NCBI GenBank assembly: GCA_963702425.1
Contig: CAVPCQ010000011.1
Location: 192,001 to 256,000 of the forward strand
Length of the DNA stretch: 64,000 bases
Direction of reading: 5' to 3'
From: an uncultured Acidobacteriota bacterium
GTDB taxonomy: Bacteria > Acidobacteriota > Polarisedimenticolia > J045
A program made the position numbers and the translations under genes. Below are positions 42,923-52,615 of the stretch, piece by piece (position 1 is the stretch's first letter; each line of letters opens with the position of its first letter). The notes under the pieces were generated by a model. It was given only the letters and a program-made list of their open reading frames with translations. It did no database searches and had not been told where the DNA came from.

Positions 42923-44721
42923 GCGGGCGGCACGCCATCGTGCGCTCCGGGGAGTGGCTGCTCGCCGCGCTCTTCCTGCTGCTCGCGCTGCTGCCGCTGA
43001 TCGACATGCTCGGCCGGCCGCTGGCCGGCTTTCACGTGCCCGGCTCGTCGAGCTACGTCCACCAGCTGACCTTCTACCTGACCTTTCTCGGCGGCCTCGT
43101 TGCGACCTGGGCCCGCAAGCACCTGACGCTCTCGACCGCCGAGCTGCTGCCGGAGGGGAACGCCCGCGGCGCGGCGCACGTCCTCGCGGGCGCGGCCGCG
43201 GCGACCGTCTGCGCCATCCTGACCTTCGGCAGCCTCGGGGTCGTGATGGCGGAGCGCGAGCTCGGGAACCGGCTGTCGTTCGGGATGCCGCAGTGGGTCG
43301 GCGAGCTGGTGATGCCGTTCGGCTTCGGGGCGATGGCGCTGTCGTTCGCCTGGATGGCGGCGCCCCGCTGGCGCGGCCGGCTCGTCGCCTTCGGCGCGGC
43401 CGGCGCGGTCTTCCTCTTGGCCTTCGTCCAGCCGGCGGCGCCGATCGTCTGGCTGCTGGGGGCGATGCTGCTCGCCGCGCTGCTGCTCGGGATGCCGGTC
43501 TTCGCCGCAATGGCCGGCTTCGCGGCGCTCTTCTTCTGGAAGGACCAGGTCCCGGTCTCGGCGGTGACGGCCGAGATCTACCGCCTGGTCGCCTCGCCGA
43601 CCCTGCCCGCGATCCCGCTCCTGACCGCCACCGGCTTCGTGCTCGCGGAGACGAAGGCGGCCGAGCGGCTGGTCCGCTTCTTCCGCGCATTGTTCGGCTG
43701 GATGCCGGGGGGCGTCGCGGTGCTGGTCGCCGCGGTCTGCGCGCTGTTCACCGCCTTCACCGGCGGCTCCGGCGTGACGATCATCGCGCTCGGCGGCCTG
43801 GTGCTGCCGATCCTGCTCAAGGACGGCTACCCCGAGCGTTTCTCGCTGGGCCTCGTGACCGCATCGGGGAGCCTGGGGCTGCTGTTCCCGCCGTCGCTGC
43901 CGGTGATCCTCTACAGCGTCGTGGCCAAAGTCCCGGCCGACCAGCTCTTCATCGGCGGGCTGATCCCCGGCTTCCTGCTGCTGGTGCTGGTCGCGGCCTA
44001 CGGGCTCTTCGTGGGCGGACGGGTCGGCGCGGAGCGCCAGGGCTTCTCGGCGCGGGAACTGCTCGCGGCGACCGCGCAGGCCGGGTGGGAGCTGTCCGTC
44101 CCGGTCCTGATGATCGTCCTGTTCGCGACCGGCATCGCCTCGCTGCTCGAGACGGCGGCTTTCGCTTTCGCCTACACCGTCTTCTTCGCCTGCTTCGTGC
44201 AGCGCGACCTGTCGTTCCTCGGCGACCTGCCGAAGGTCCTGACCAAGGCCGCGGCGCTGGTCGGCGCGGTGCTGATCCTCCTGGCCAGCGCGCTGGGGCT
44301 GACCTCCTGGCTGGTCGACGCGCAGATCCCCGACGCGCTGCTGGCCTGGGTGCAGGCGCACGTCTCCTCACCGCTCGTCTTCCTGCTCGTGCTGAACGTC
44401 GTGCTGCTGGTGCTGGGGAGCGTGCTCGAGATCTTCTCGGCGATCGTCGTCCTGACGCCGCTCGTCGTGCCGCTCGGGGTAGCGTTCGGGATCCATCCGA
44501 TCCACCTGGGGGTGATCTTCCTCGCCAACCTCGAGCTGGGGTTCCTCTTCCCGCCGGTCGGGCTGAACCTGTTCCTCTCGTCGTCGCGCTTCAACAAGCC
44601 GATGACGGTGCTCTACCGCGCGGTCATTCCCTTCCTGATCATCCTGGCGATCGGGGTCCTGCTGATCACCTACCTGCCGTGGATGTCGCTCGGGCTGCTC
44701 GAGACGCTGGGGCGGGGGTAA
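42919..44721 (+). CDS. dctM: fused TRAP small+large permease (DctQ-DctM)
   Basis: N-terminal DctQ-like TMs (HL.L), then AIPL, FTGGSGVTI, GLLFPPSLP, PPVGLNLF. Start TTG 42919 or GTG 42940. Confidence 0.9.
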   Translation: MSGRHAIVRSGEWLLAALFLLLALLPLIDMLGRPLAGFHVPGSSSYVHQLTFYLTFLGGLVATWARKHLTLSTAELLPEGNARGAAHVLAGAAAATVCAILTFGSLGVVMAERELGNRLSFGMPQWVGELVMPFGFGAMALSFAWMAAPRWRGRLVAFGAAGAVFLLAFVQPAAPIVWLLGAMLLAALLLGMPVFAAMAGFAALFFWKDQVPVSAVTAEIYRLVASPTLPAIPLLTATGFVLAETKAAERLVRFFRALFGWMPGGVAVLVAAVCALFTAFTGGSGVTIIALGGLVLPILLKDGYPERFSLGLVTASGSLGLLFPPSLPVILYSVVAKVPADQLFIGGLIPGFLLLVLVAAYGLFVGGRVGAERQGFSARELLAATAQAGWELSVPVLMIVLFATGIASLLETAAFAFAYTVFFACFVQRDLSFLGDLPKVLTKAAALVGAVLILLASALGLTSWLVDAQIPDALLAWVQAHVSSPLVFLLVLNVVLLVLGSVLEIFSAIVVLTPLVVPLGVAFGIHPIHLGVIFLANLELGFLFPPVGLNLFLSSSRFNKPMTVLYRAVIPFLIILAIGVLLITYLPWMSLGLLETLGRG

Positions 44722-44725
44722 CCCG

Positions 44726-45295
44726 ATGGCGACACCTGAAGGTACCGAACCGCGCGGCCGGCTGACCTACGCCGACTACGCGAGCCTCCCCGACGACGGG
44801 CGTCGCTACCAGCTGGTCGAGGGGGAACTGGTCGTGATGGCCTCGCCCAACACCCGGCATCAGCTGATCGTCGGGGAGATCTACTACCGCCTCCGGCAGC
44901 ACGTGGACGCCGCCCGTATCGGCCGCGTGATGGTCGCGCCGCTCGACGTCGTCCTCGACGACCACAACGTGCTGCAGCCCGACGTGCTCTTCGTGTCGAC
45001 CGAGCGCCGCGGGGTCGTGGTGCCGCAGAACCTGCGGGGTGCGCCCGACCTCTGCGTCGAGGTCCTGTCGCCGGGGACCGAGCGCCTCGACCGCGTGCGG
45101 AAGCTCGAGCTGTACGCCCGTTTCGGCGTGTCTCACTACTGGATCGTCGACCTCGGCGCGCGCGCCATCGAGGAGTACGTGCGGGAGGGCGACGTTTTTC
45201 GCGTGCGGAGCGTCACCTCGTTCGACGACCCTTTCCGGCCCGCGCTCTTCCCTTCGTTCGAGCTTTCCCTGTCCGCCGTCGCGCTGCCGGAGTAG
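44726..45295 (+). CDS. Uma2 (DUF820) family PD-(D/E)XK nuclease-like protein
   Basis: TYADY..LPDDGRRYQLVEG, QPD, GAPDL.VEVLSP, K..LYA..GV..YWIVD. Confidence 0.92.
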   Translation: MATPEGTEPRGRLTYADYASLPDDGRRYQLVEGELVVMASPNTRHQLIVGEIYYRLRQHVDAARIGRVMVAPLDVVLDDHNVLQPDVLFVSTERRGVVVPQNLRGAPDLCVEVLSPGTERLDRVRKLELYARFGVSHYWIVDLGARAIEEYVREGDVFRVRSVTSFDDPFRPALFPSFELSLSAVALPE

Positions 45296-45303
45296 CGCCC
45301 GGC

Positions 45304-48300
45304 TCAGGGCGCCACCGGTGCCGGCATAAGCAGGTCCAGCACCAGCTTCCAGCCCTCGCCGGGGGCGCGGCGCCAGGCGCGCAGGAACCAGCCGCGCTCC
45401 GGCTTCCCGCCGGCCGTTTCCCAGGCGCCGTAGGTGTTGCCCAGGTCATTGCTGCTCGCGACGCCGCTCCCCAGAACCTTCCAGCTCGACAGCGCGCGCC
45501 CGGCCGCGGCCGCCTTGACGATCGCCTTCCGCCCGGTGATCAGTCCCGTCTCCTCGCGCAGCGCGCGCGCGTCGTCGTCGAGGAACTCGGAGTACGCCGC
45601 GGCGATCCCCCGTCCGCCCGCGACCGCGAGGAACCGCGCCTCCATCGCCTCGAGCGACATGACGCGCACCGCGTCGTCCTTCGCCGGGTCGGCCGCCGAG
45701 GCCGGGTACGCGGGCTTCGCGTCGACGCGGCCGAGGTCCGGGGTCGGGCCACCGGACGAGATCCCCCCGTCCGCCGCGAACCGGAAGCTGCCGTCCGGCT
45801 GCCTGATCCAGATCGTCGCGAACCAGCCGTGGGGCAGAGCTGTCGCCGCTGCGCCGGGCACACCGGCCGCACCGGCGGCGCCTGTCGCATCCGCGCCGGC
45901 CGCCACCGCTTCGCCCGGCTTCGCCGCCGCGTCGAAGACCCACGGCCCGGTCGTCAGGCCGAGATCTCCGGCACGCGAGACGGCCGCGAAGGCGGGCCGC
46001 CAGCGCAGTACCCCGGGCCGGATCGGGCGGTCCTTCCAGAAGGCCTTCCCGCTGACCGGGCCCGGCTGGAACAGCACGCCGTCGTCGGCGAGGAAGGCGA
46101 GGAACGCCTCCTTCGTGCCGCGCGCCTCGGCGGCCTGGGCGAAGGCCAGCTCGGTGCCGACCACCTCCCGCCACGCGGCGTCGCGATCCGAAAGGGCCGG
46201 GCCGGCCGCGTCTGCCGCACCCCCGCCGGCGGCGGCCAGCGCCAGCACGAGCCCCGTCGCCTTCGCGGCATCCGCGGCGGCCGCGGCCGGCGACGTCCTG
46301 CGGCGCCGCATCAGGCCGATCGTCCGCCCGCGAACCCCGTCCGCGACGATGTAGAACGCCGGCACGACGAGCAGGCTGAGCGCGGTCGAGAGGATCAGGC
46401 CGCCGATCACCGCCAGCGCCATCGGGGTCCGGATCTCCGCCCCGGGCCCGAACCCCAGCGCCGGCACGAGCGCGGCCATGAAGGTCGTCGTGGTGGTCAT
46501 CAGGATCGGTCGCAGGCGGATCGGTCCGGCTTCCAGCATCGCGTCCCTCGCGTTCTTCCCGCGCGCCATCGCCTGGTTGGCGTAGTCGACGAGGATGATC
46601 GAGTTCTTCTTGACGATCCCCATCAGCAGCAGCAGGCCGATCATCGAGAAGATGTTGAGCGTCCGGCCCGTCGTGTAGAGCGCCAGCGCCGCGCCGGCGG
46701 CCGACAGCGGCAGGATCGTCAGAACCGTGACCGGGTGCAGGAAGGAGTTGAACTGCGCACCGAGCACCATGTAGGCGACGGCGATCCCCAGGAAGAGCGC
46801 GAAGAGCAGGCTTCCCATCGACTCGCGGAAGGCCTGCGACGCGCCGCCGAGCACGGCGCGATAGCCGGTCGGCAGGCCGCGCCCCAGCTCCTCGACCCGG
46901 GCCAGCACGGCCTGCTGGTCGTAACCCGGCGCGATGTTGGCGAAGACGGTGATCGCGCGCTCGCGGTCGCGGCGCGTCACCGCCTGGAGTGCCGGGACCT
47001 CCTCGGTGCTGACCAGCGCCGACAGCGGCACCAGCTCGCCGGACTTGCCGCGCACCTTGATCCGTGCCAGGTCCTCCGGCTTGCTGCGCTGGCCGGCCAG
47101 CAACCGCGCCCGGACGTCGATCCTGCGGCCGCCGGTCTCGTACTTCCCGACCCGCACGCCGCCGATCAACGCGCTGATCCCGGTCGCGACATCCTCGATC
47201 GGCACGCCGAGATCGGCCGCGCGGGCGCGGTTCGGCACGATCTGCAGTTCCGGGACCCCGATCCGGTAGTCGGTGTCCACGTCGACGACCATCCCGCTGG
47301 CTGCGAGGTCACGAGTCATCCCCTCGACCATGTCCACCAGACGGTTCCAGTCCGGGCCGCGCACGGAGAACTCGACCGGGAAGCCCCGCTGCGCGGTGAA
47401 CCCCTGCTGCGAGAGGTCCTGGACGACGGCTTTCAGCCCGGGGATCGCGTTGAGCTGCTGCCGCAGCCGGGCCTGGAACTGGGCCTGCGTCAGCTCCCGC
47501 TCGCGCGGCGGAACCATCGTGATGAAGACGATGCCGGTGTTGACCGCCCCGCTGCCCATCCCACCCACCACGGCGAAGGCCCGCTTCACGATCGGGTCCC
47601 CGTTGACGATCGCCTCCGCCTTCTTGAACAGCGTGTCGGTCTCCTGGAGATCCGACCCGACCGCGGTCTGCAGCCGCACCATCAGCCGGCTCTGGTCCTG
47701 GGACGGCACGAACTCGGAGGGCAGGACATAGAAGACGTACGCCGCGAGCACGAGCAGCGCGACCGCGCAGCCGAGCGTGATCGCAGGGTGCCGCAGTCCC
47801 CGCGCGAGCAGCCCGCGGTAGCCGGCCGCCAGCCGGTCCCAGACGCGATCGACCGCCGCGCCGAGGCCTCGCCGCTCGCCGCCGACCGCCAGCAGTTGCG
47901 CCGAGCGGGCGGGGGTCAGTGTGATCGCCTCGAGGTACGAGAACATCACCGCGACCGAGAGCGTCACTCCGAACTGCAGGAAGAACTTGCCGATGATCCC
48001 CTTCATGAAGATCACCGGGGCGAAGATCGCGACGACCGCCAGCGTGGCGGCGAGGGCCGCGAAGGAGATCTCGTTCGTCCCCTCGCGCGCGGCGGTGATC
48101 CGGTCCTGCCCGGCTTCCGCGTGGCGGTAGATGTTCTCCATCACCATGATCGCGTCGTCGACGACGATCCCGACCGCCAGCGCCAGCCCGAGCAGCGTGA
48201 AGGTGTTGAGCGTGAACCCGAGGAAGTAGATCACGGCGATCGTGCCCAGCAGCGACATCGGGATCGCCAGCAGGACGTTGATCGTCGAGCCGACCGAGCC

Positions 48301-49353
48301 GAGGAAGAGCCAGCAGACGAAGGCCGTCAGGAGCACCGACAGCACCAGCTCGAACTGGATCTCGCGGACCGACTCCTCGACGAAGCGGGTGCTGTCGAAG
48401 TTGATCCCCAGCTCCATCCCCGCCGGGAGCCCCTGGCGCAGCCGGTCGAGCTCGGCGTGGATCCCGGCGGCCACCGCGACCGCGTTCGAGCCGCGCTGCT
48501 TCTTCACCCCCAGTCCCTGGGCCGGCGCGCCGTTGACCCGCGCCAGCCGCCGCACGTCCTCGAACCCGTCCTCGACCAGCGCGACGTCCTCGAGGTAAAC
48601 CGGCTGCCCCGAACCGCCGCCGACGACGATCCGCCGGAAGGTCGACAGGTCGATCGCCTCGCCCAGCACCCGGACGTTGATCTCGCGCCCTTCGGTATCG
48701 AGCCGGCCGGCCGGCAGCTCGATGTTCTCGCGCCGCAGCGCGGAGAGCACGTCGCCCACCACGAGGCCGCGCTGGTCGAGCGCGGAGGCGTCGAGCCAGA
48801 TCCGGATGTTGCGGTCGAGATAGCCGCCCATGATGATCTCGCCGACGCCCGGGACGGTCTGCAGCCGCTCCTTGACGCGGTAGCGGGCGAAGTCGGCGAG
48901 CACCTGCTGCGGGAACGGCCCCGAGAGCCCGAGCCACATGATCGGGTTGTCCTCGGGGTTGCTCTTGCTGATCGTCGGCGGCTCCAGGTCGCGCGGCAGT
49001 TCCTGCCGCGCCTGGAAGACCTTGGCCTGGACGTCCTGCAGCGCGAGGTCGACCTCGCGCGCGAGGTCCAGCTCGACCGTGACCGACGCGTTCCCCTGGC
49101 GCGAGACCGAAGTGATCGAGCGGATCCCCTCGATCTGGATCAGGGCCTCCTCGAGCGGCTCGACGACGTCGCTCTCCATGATCTCGGGCGCGGCCCCTTC
49201 CCACTCCGCGAAGACCGAGATCGTCGGGAAGTCGACGTCGGGAAACTGGCTGATCCCGATGTCGCGCAGCGCGACCAGGCCGAAGACGACCAGCGCCGCC
49301 ATGATCATCCAGGCCAGCACGGGGCGCTGGATGCAGGCCTCGGTGAGTTTCAT
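45304..49353 (-). CDS. RND efflux permease (AcrB family) with in-frame C-terminal tandem NTF2-like (DUF4440-type) extension
   Basis: FPDVDFP, GIVVDDAI, GIVKKNSI, RLRPILMT over about 1010 aa; then about 335 aa with two units (E.AF, FLADD/FLDDD, VSRAGDLG/VASSNDLG, W.R). Confidence 0.9.
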   Translation of the reverse strand: MKLTEACIQRPVLAWMIMAALVVFGLVALRDIGISQFPDVDFPTISVFAEWEGAAPEIMESDVVEPLEEALIQIEGIRSITSVSRQGNASVTVELDLAREVDLALQDVQAKVFQARQELPRDLEPPTISKSNPEDNPIMWLGLSGPFPQQVLADFARYRVKERLQTVPGVGEIIMGGYLDRNIRIWLDASALDQRGLVVGDVLSALRRENIELPAGRLDTEGREINVRVLGEAIDLSTFRRIVVGGGSGQPVYLEDVALVEDGFEDVRRLARVNGAPAQGLGVKKQRGSNAVAVAAGIHAELDRLRQGLPAGMELGINFDSTRFVEESVREIQFELVLSVLLTAFVCWLFLGSVGSTINVLLAIPMSLLGTIAVIYFLGFTLNTFTLLGLALAVGIVVDDAIMVMENIYRHAEAGQDRITAAREGTNEISFAALAATLAVVAIFAPVIFMKGIIGKFFLQFGVTLSVAVMFSYLEAITLTPARSAQLLAVGGERRGLGAAVDRVWDRLAAGYRGLLARGLRHPAITLGCAVALLVLAAYVFYVLPSEFVPSQDQSRLMVRLQTAVGSDLQETDTLFKKAEAIVNGDPIVKRAFAVVGGMGSGAVNTGIVFITMVPPRERELTQAQFQARLRQQLNAIPGLKAVVQDLSQQGFTAQRGFPVEFSVRGPDWNRLVDMVEGMTRDLAASGMVVDVDTDYRIGVPELQIVPNRARAADLGVPIEDVATGISALIGGVRVGKYETGGRRIDVRARLLAGQRSKPEDLARIKVRGKSGELVPLSALVSTEEVPALQAVTRRDRERAITVFANIAPGYDQQAVLARVEELGRGLPTGYRAVLGGASQAFRESMGSLLFALFLGIAVAYMVLGAQFNSFLHPVTVLTILPLSAAGAALALYTTGRTLNIFSMIGLLLLMGIVKKNSIILVDYANQAMARGKNARDAMLEAGPIRLRPILMTTTTTFMAALVPALGFGPGAEIRTPMALAVIGGLILSTALSLLVVPAFYIVADGVRGRTIGLMRRRRTSPAAAAADAAKATGLVLALAAAGGGAADAAGPALSDRDAAWREVVGTELAFAQAAEARGTKEAFLAFLADDGVLFQPGPVSGKAFWKDRPIRPGVLRWRPAFAAVSRAGDLGLTTGPWVFDAAAKPGEAVAAGADATGAAGAAGVPGAAATALPHGWFATIWIRQPDGSFRFAADGGISSGGPTPDLGRVDAKPAYPASAADPAKDDAVRVMSLEAMEARFLAVAGGRGIAAAYSEFLDDDARALREETGLITGRKAIVKAAAAGRALSSWKVLGSGVASSNDLGNTYGAWETAGGKPERGWFLRAWRRAPGEGWKLVLDLLMPAPVAP

Positions 49354-50540
49354 CGCGCGGTCTCGGTCGCGGCCGCAGCCGGTGCGGAGGCGGGGGCTCC
49401 GGCGGGGATCGAGACGGCAGCGCCGTCGCGCAGCGCCTCGGCGCCGCGCACGACGAGCTGTTCGCCAGGCGCCAGCCCCTCGCGCACTTCGACCTGGCCG
49501 TCCGAGGTCCGCATCCCGAGCCGCAGCACCCGCTCTTTCGCGGCGTCCCCCTCGACCACGTAGGCCAGGAAGCCGCGCTCGCTCGGCCGGATGGCGGTCT
49601 CGGGCACGACCGGCCGATCGGCCCGGCCGACCGGGACGGTCACCTCGGCGAACTGGCCCGGCCGCAGCCCGGCGCGCTCCGGGTCATCGACCCGCGCGGT
49701 CACTCCGACCATGCGCGAGGTCTCGTCGGCCGCGCCGGCCACCAGCGTGATCCGCGCGGAATAGGTGCGCTGCTGGTCCTGGACGGTGAAGCGCACCGCC
49801 ATCCCCTCCGCCAGCCGCGGCGCGTCGGACTCGGGCACCTTGAAGCGCAGCAGCAGCGGCTCGCGGCGGAGCAGGGTCGCGATGATCGTCCCCGGCTGCG
49901 CGTACTGGCCGGTCTCGACGCGCCGGCTCTCGATCGTCCCCGCCGACGGCGCGCGCACGACCGCGTCGCGCTGGTTGAGCTGCGCCAGGTCGAGCGCCGA
50001 CCGCGCCTGCGCGACGCCCGCCTCCGCGACGCGCACGCGCGTGCGGAAGGTCTCGAGGTCCTCCTCCTTCACCAGTCCCGGCGTGCGCGTGTTGACCTGC
50101 TCGCGCCGCTTCAGCCCGGCCTGAGCGTCGGCCAGGCTCGCCTCGGCGCCCGCCAGGGTCGCCTTGGCCGAGTCGACCTGGACGCGGTAACGGTCGGGCT
50201 CGATCTCGGCCAGGGCCTGCCCGGGCGACACGGTGTTCCCTTCCGCGAAGTGGACGCGATCGACCACGCCGGCCACGCGCGCGGTCACTTGCACCGTCTC
50301 GAAGGCCTCGACCGATCCGACCGCGCTGACGGTGTACTCGACCGGGCGTGAACTCACCGTCATCACCTCGACCGGGAAGACGATGGCCGGAGAAGTCCCG
50401 GACGCGCCCCCGGCGGCTCCTGCCCCGGGCTTCCCCGTCGTCCCGGCGCCGCTGCCGCTCCCCTTGCCGCAGCCCGCGGCGGTCCCTGCCGCGAGCAGCA
50501 GCACGAGCAGCAGTCCCCGGTCGGGCATCCTTCCGTTCAT
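49350..50540 (-). CDS. RND efflux periplasmic adaptor (MFP) lipoprotein
   Basis: Lipobox AAGC; V.ARVAG.V..V...EG, VRAPSAG, LRPG.FA, VREGL.PGE. Confidence 0.93.
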   Translation of the reverse strand: MNGRMPDRGLLLVLLLAAGTAAGCGKGSGSGAGTTGKPGAGAAGGASGTSPAIVFPVEVMTVSSRPVEYTVSAVGSVEAFETVQVTARVAGVVDRVHFAEGNTVSPGQALAEIEPDRYRVQVDSAKATLAGAEASLADAQAGLKRREQVNTRTPGLVKEEDLETFRTRVRVAEAGVAQARSALDLAQLNQRDAVVRAPSAGTIESRRVETGQYAQPGTIIATLLRREPLLLRFKVPESDAPRLAEGMAVRFTVQDQQRTYSARITLVAGAADETSRMVGVTARVDDPERAGLRPGQFAEVTVPVGRADRPVVPETAIRPSERGFLAYVVEGDAAKERVLRLGMRTSDGQVEVREGLAPGEQLVVRGAEALRDGAAVSIPAGAPASAPAAAATETAR

Positions 50541-51856
50541 TCCCAGTTCTCCCGGCCCAGCGGCCAGACGCCGAGCGCGCGCTGAAGCGCCTGCTCCGCC
50601 AGCCAACGGGCGAATCCCGAGCGCGCCAGGTCGACCTCGGCTTCGAACAGCGAGACGTTGGCGTCGGCCTGTTCCAGCGCGGTCGCCAGGCCGTTCGCGA
50701 ACCGCTCCGCGACCTCTTCCTCGTTCTGCTTGGCCACCCGCACACGCACCTCGGACTGCCGGTAGCTCGCCTCGGCGGTCACCAGGTCCTGCAGCGCGAC
50801 GCGGATCTCGTTGGCGATCTGTCGCCGCAGGGCCGCTGCCTGGTAGAGATCCACCGAGCGCTGGGCGTCGAAGGTCGCGGCGCGGGCCGTCCGGGTGCGA
50901 TCGAAGATCGACCAGCCGAGCGTGGCCGCGAGGTTCCAATCGGTGTCGTTCCCCGAGAGCCCGGCCTCGTTCGTTCCCCGCCACGCCCCGCGGAACCCGA
51001 GGTCGGGGATGAAACCCTGCCGCTCGGCCCGCGCCCGCTGGCGCGAGGCCTCGGTGCGGGCGATCCAGGCCTTGAGGTCGGGACGCTGCTCGAGCGCGAT
51101 CCGGTCGAGTTCCTCGACGGACCGGGAATCGAGCGACTGCGCCGCAGGTTCGACCAGCGTGCGGTCGAGCGGCACGCCGACGAGGTACTCGAGGCGCAGC
51201 CGGGCCTTGACCACGGTACTGCTGGCCTGGGTCAGCGCCAGCTGGGCCGTGGCCAATTCCAACTCGATCCGGGTCACCTCGTTGCGCGCCGCGAGCCCGG
51301 CCTCGAACCGCGAGCGCGCGTCGTCCACGGTGGCCTGCGCGACCGCCAGCCGGCGCTCGGCGGCATCGGCCAGCTTCTGCGCGGAGAGCACGGCGAAGTA
51401 GACGTCCGCGACCTCGAACGCCAGCAGGCGGTCGAGGTCGGCCGTGTCGAACTCCGCGGCGGCCACGTCTTCGGACGCCGCCTCGATCCGAGTCAGCGCC
51501 GAGGCATCGAACAGGATCGAGTCGAGCACGGCGGCGCCGGAGTAGGCGTTCTGGGCCTGGATCGTGACCCTCTGCCCTTCGAACTCGCGCGTCACCTCGT
51601 TCGCGCGGCGGGTCGCCGTGAGGCTGGCGTCGAGCGTCGGGAACAGGTCCGCGACCGCGAGTTCGCGCAGCGCGCGGGCCCGCTCGACCCGCGCCGCGCC
51701 GATCCTCGGCGTCTCGTTGTAGCGCAGCGCCAGCTCGATCGCTTCCTCGATGGCGAGGGGAGGAGCCGCGTCGCCGGCGGCGCGCCCCACCGAGACGGCG
51801 CCGGGCAGGCAGGCGGCCGCCGCGAGCGCGGCCGAAAGGAGGAACCTGGCTCGCAT
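50537..51856 (-). CDS. TolC-family outer-membrane efflux channel
   Basis: Signal peptide; L.IEEAI.LAL, VADVYF, RFEAG, RPDL, RFANG.AT; overlaps the MFP gene. Confidence 0.92.
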   Translation of the reverse strand: MRARFLLSAALAAAACLPGAVSVGRAAGDAAPPLAIEEAIELALRYNETPRIGAARVERARALRELAVADLFPTLDASLTATRRANEVTREFEGQRVTIQAQNAYSGAAVLDSILFDASALTRIEAASEDVAAAEFDTADLDRLLAFEVADVYFAVLSAQKLADAAERRLAVAQATVDDARSRFEAGLAARNEVTRIELELATAQLALTQASSTVVKARLRLEYLVGVPLDRTLVEPAAQSLDSRSVEELDRIALEQRPDLKAWIARTEASRQRARAERQGFIPDLGFRGAWRGTNEAGLSGNDTDWNLAATLGWSIFDRTRTARAATFDAQRSVDLYQAAALRRQIANEIRVALQDLVTAEASYRQSEVRVRVAKQNEEEVAERFANGLATALEQADANVSLFEAEVDLARSGFARWLAEQALQRALGVWPLGRENWE

Positions 51857-51969
51857 CACCGCATGTTAGTCGCGTCGTCACGGTCGAGCGAACGGTCCCG
51901 GCGTCGATCGGCGCCGGGGAGGAGATGTGCAGCCCCGGGCCCGACTCCGGGCCCGGGGGGCGAGACGAT

Positions 51970-52401
51970 TCAGTCGAGGTTGCGGGGCCACGACGCGGCC
52001 GCGGCGTGGAGCGTGGCCTGACCGCTTCGCCGGTAGGCGTACTCCGATGCACCGCCCGCGACGCCCGCGACCTGCACGCCTCGGAGGTGGAGCAGGCCCG
52101 CCTCGTCGCGGTAGAGGGCGAACCCGGAAACGCCGGCAGAGGGCTCGCGGAAGACCAGCGCGACCCGCCGCCCGTCGATCATGACGGCCCAGAGCTGGCG
52201 CGAGGAAGCGGTCCTTTCGAGTTCGAGCACGCCGGCGGGATAGACCTGCCCGCCGATCGAGATCGGACCGTTGGTGCGCACGGCCTGGTGCCCCCCACCG
52301 GCGAGCGCCGTGCCGCCGAGCGCGAGCGCGGCTGCGAGAGCGATCGCCAGCGCCGCGAGCATCCCTGCCGAGTGCGAGCTGGTGCGACCGGTGCGATTCA
52401 T
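51970..52401 (-). CDS. small secreted protein (143 aa), unknown function
   Basis: ATG after AAGGGGGG; signal peptide ending ALA; P.SIGGQVYPAG motif reminiscent of acidobacterial small beta-proteins; has its own sigma-54 promoter. Confidence 0.7.
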   Translation of the reverse strand: MNRTGRTSSHSAGMLAALAIALAAALALGGTALAGGGHQAVRTNGPISIGGQVYPAGVLELERTASSRQLWAVMIDGRRVALVFREPSAGVSGFALYRDEAGLLHLRGVQVAGVAGGASEYAYRRSGQATLHAAAASWPRNLD

Positions 52402-52465
52402 GAGCCCCCCCTTCGGGCCCGATCCGCTCCTGGAAGCTCCGGGCGTCCTGGCCCATCCGGGGATA

Positions 52466-52481
52466 TGCAAGCACGGTGCCA
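52466..52481 (-). promoter_or_regulatory. sigma-54 (-24/-12) promoter
   Basis: Minus strand TGGCACCGTGCTTGCA, exact TGGCAC-N5-TTGC consensus, 65 bp upstream of ATG 52401. Confidence 0.88.
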
Positions 52482-52615
52482 GCGCATGACCGACCGTCGT
52501 GGGGCGCGACGGGAAGGGGCGTCCCGTCCGGCCGCCAAGGGGACGCTGTGGTCCCCTTCTTCCCCGTCGCGGCGGTCCCCTGTCTGCCCCCGCGGCGCGG
52601 CCTATGCGGCCCGTT

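Noticed and set aside
44726-45295. Uma2 gene as a restriction or defence system
   Set aside because: Solitary, with no methylase or partner; the family is typically scattered in many copies.
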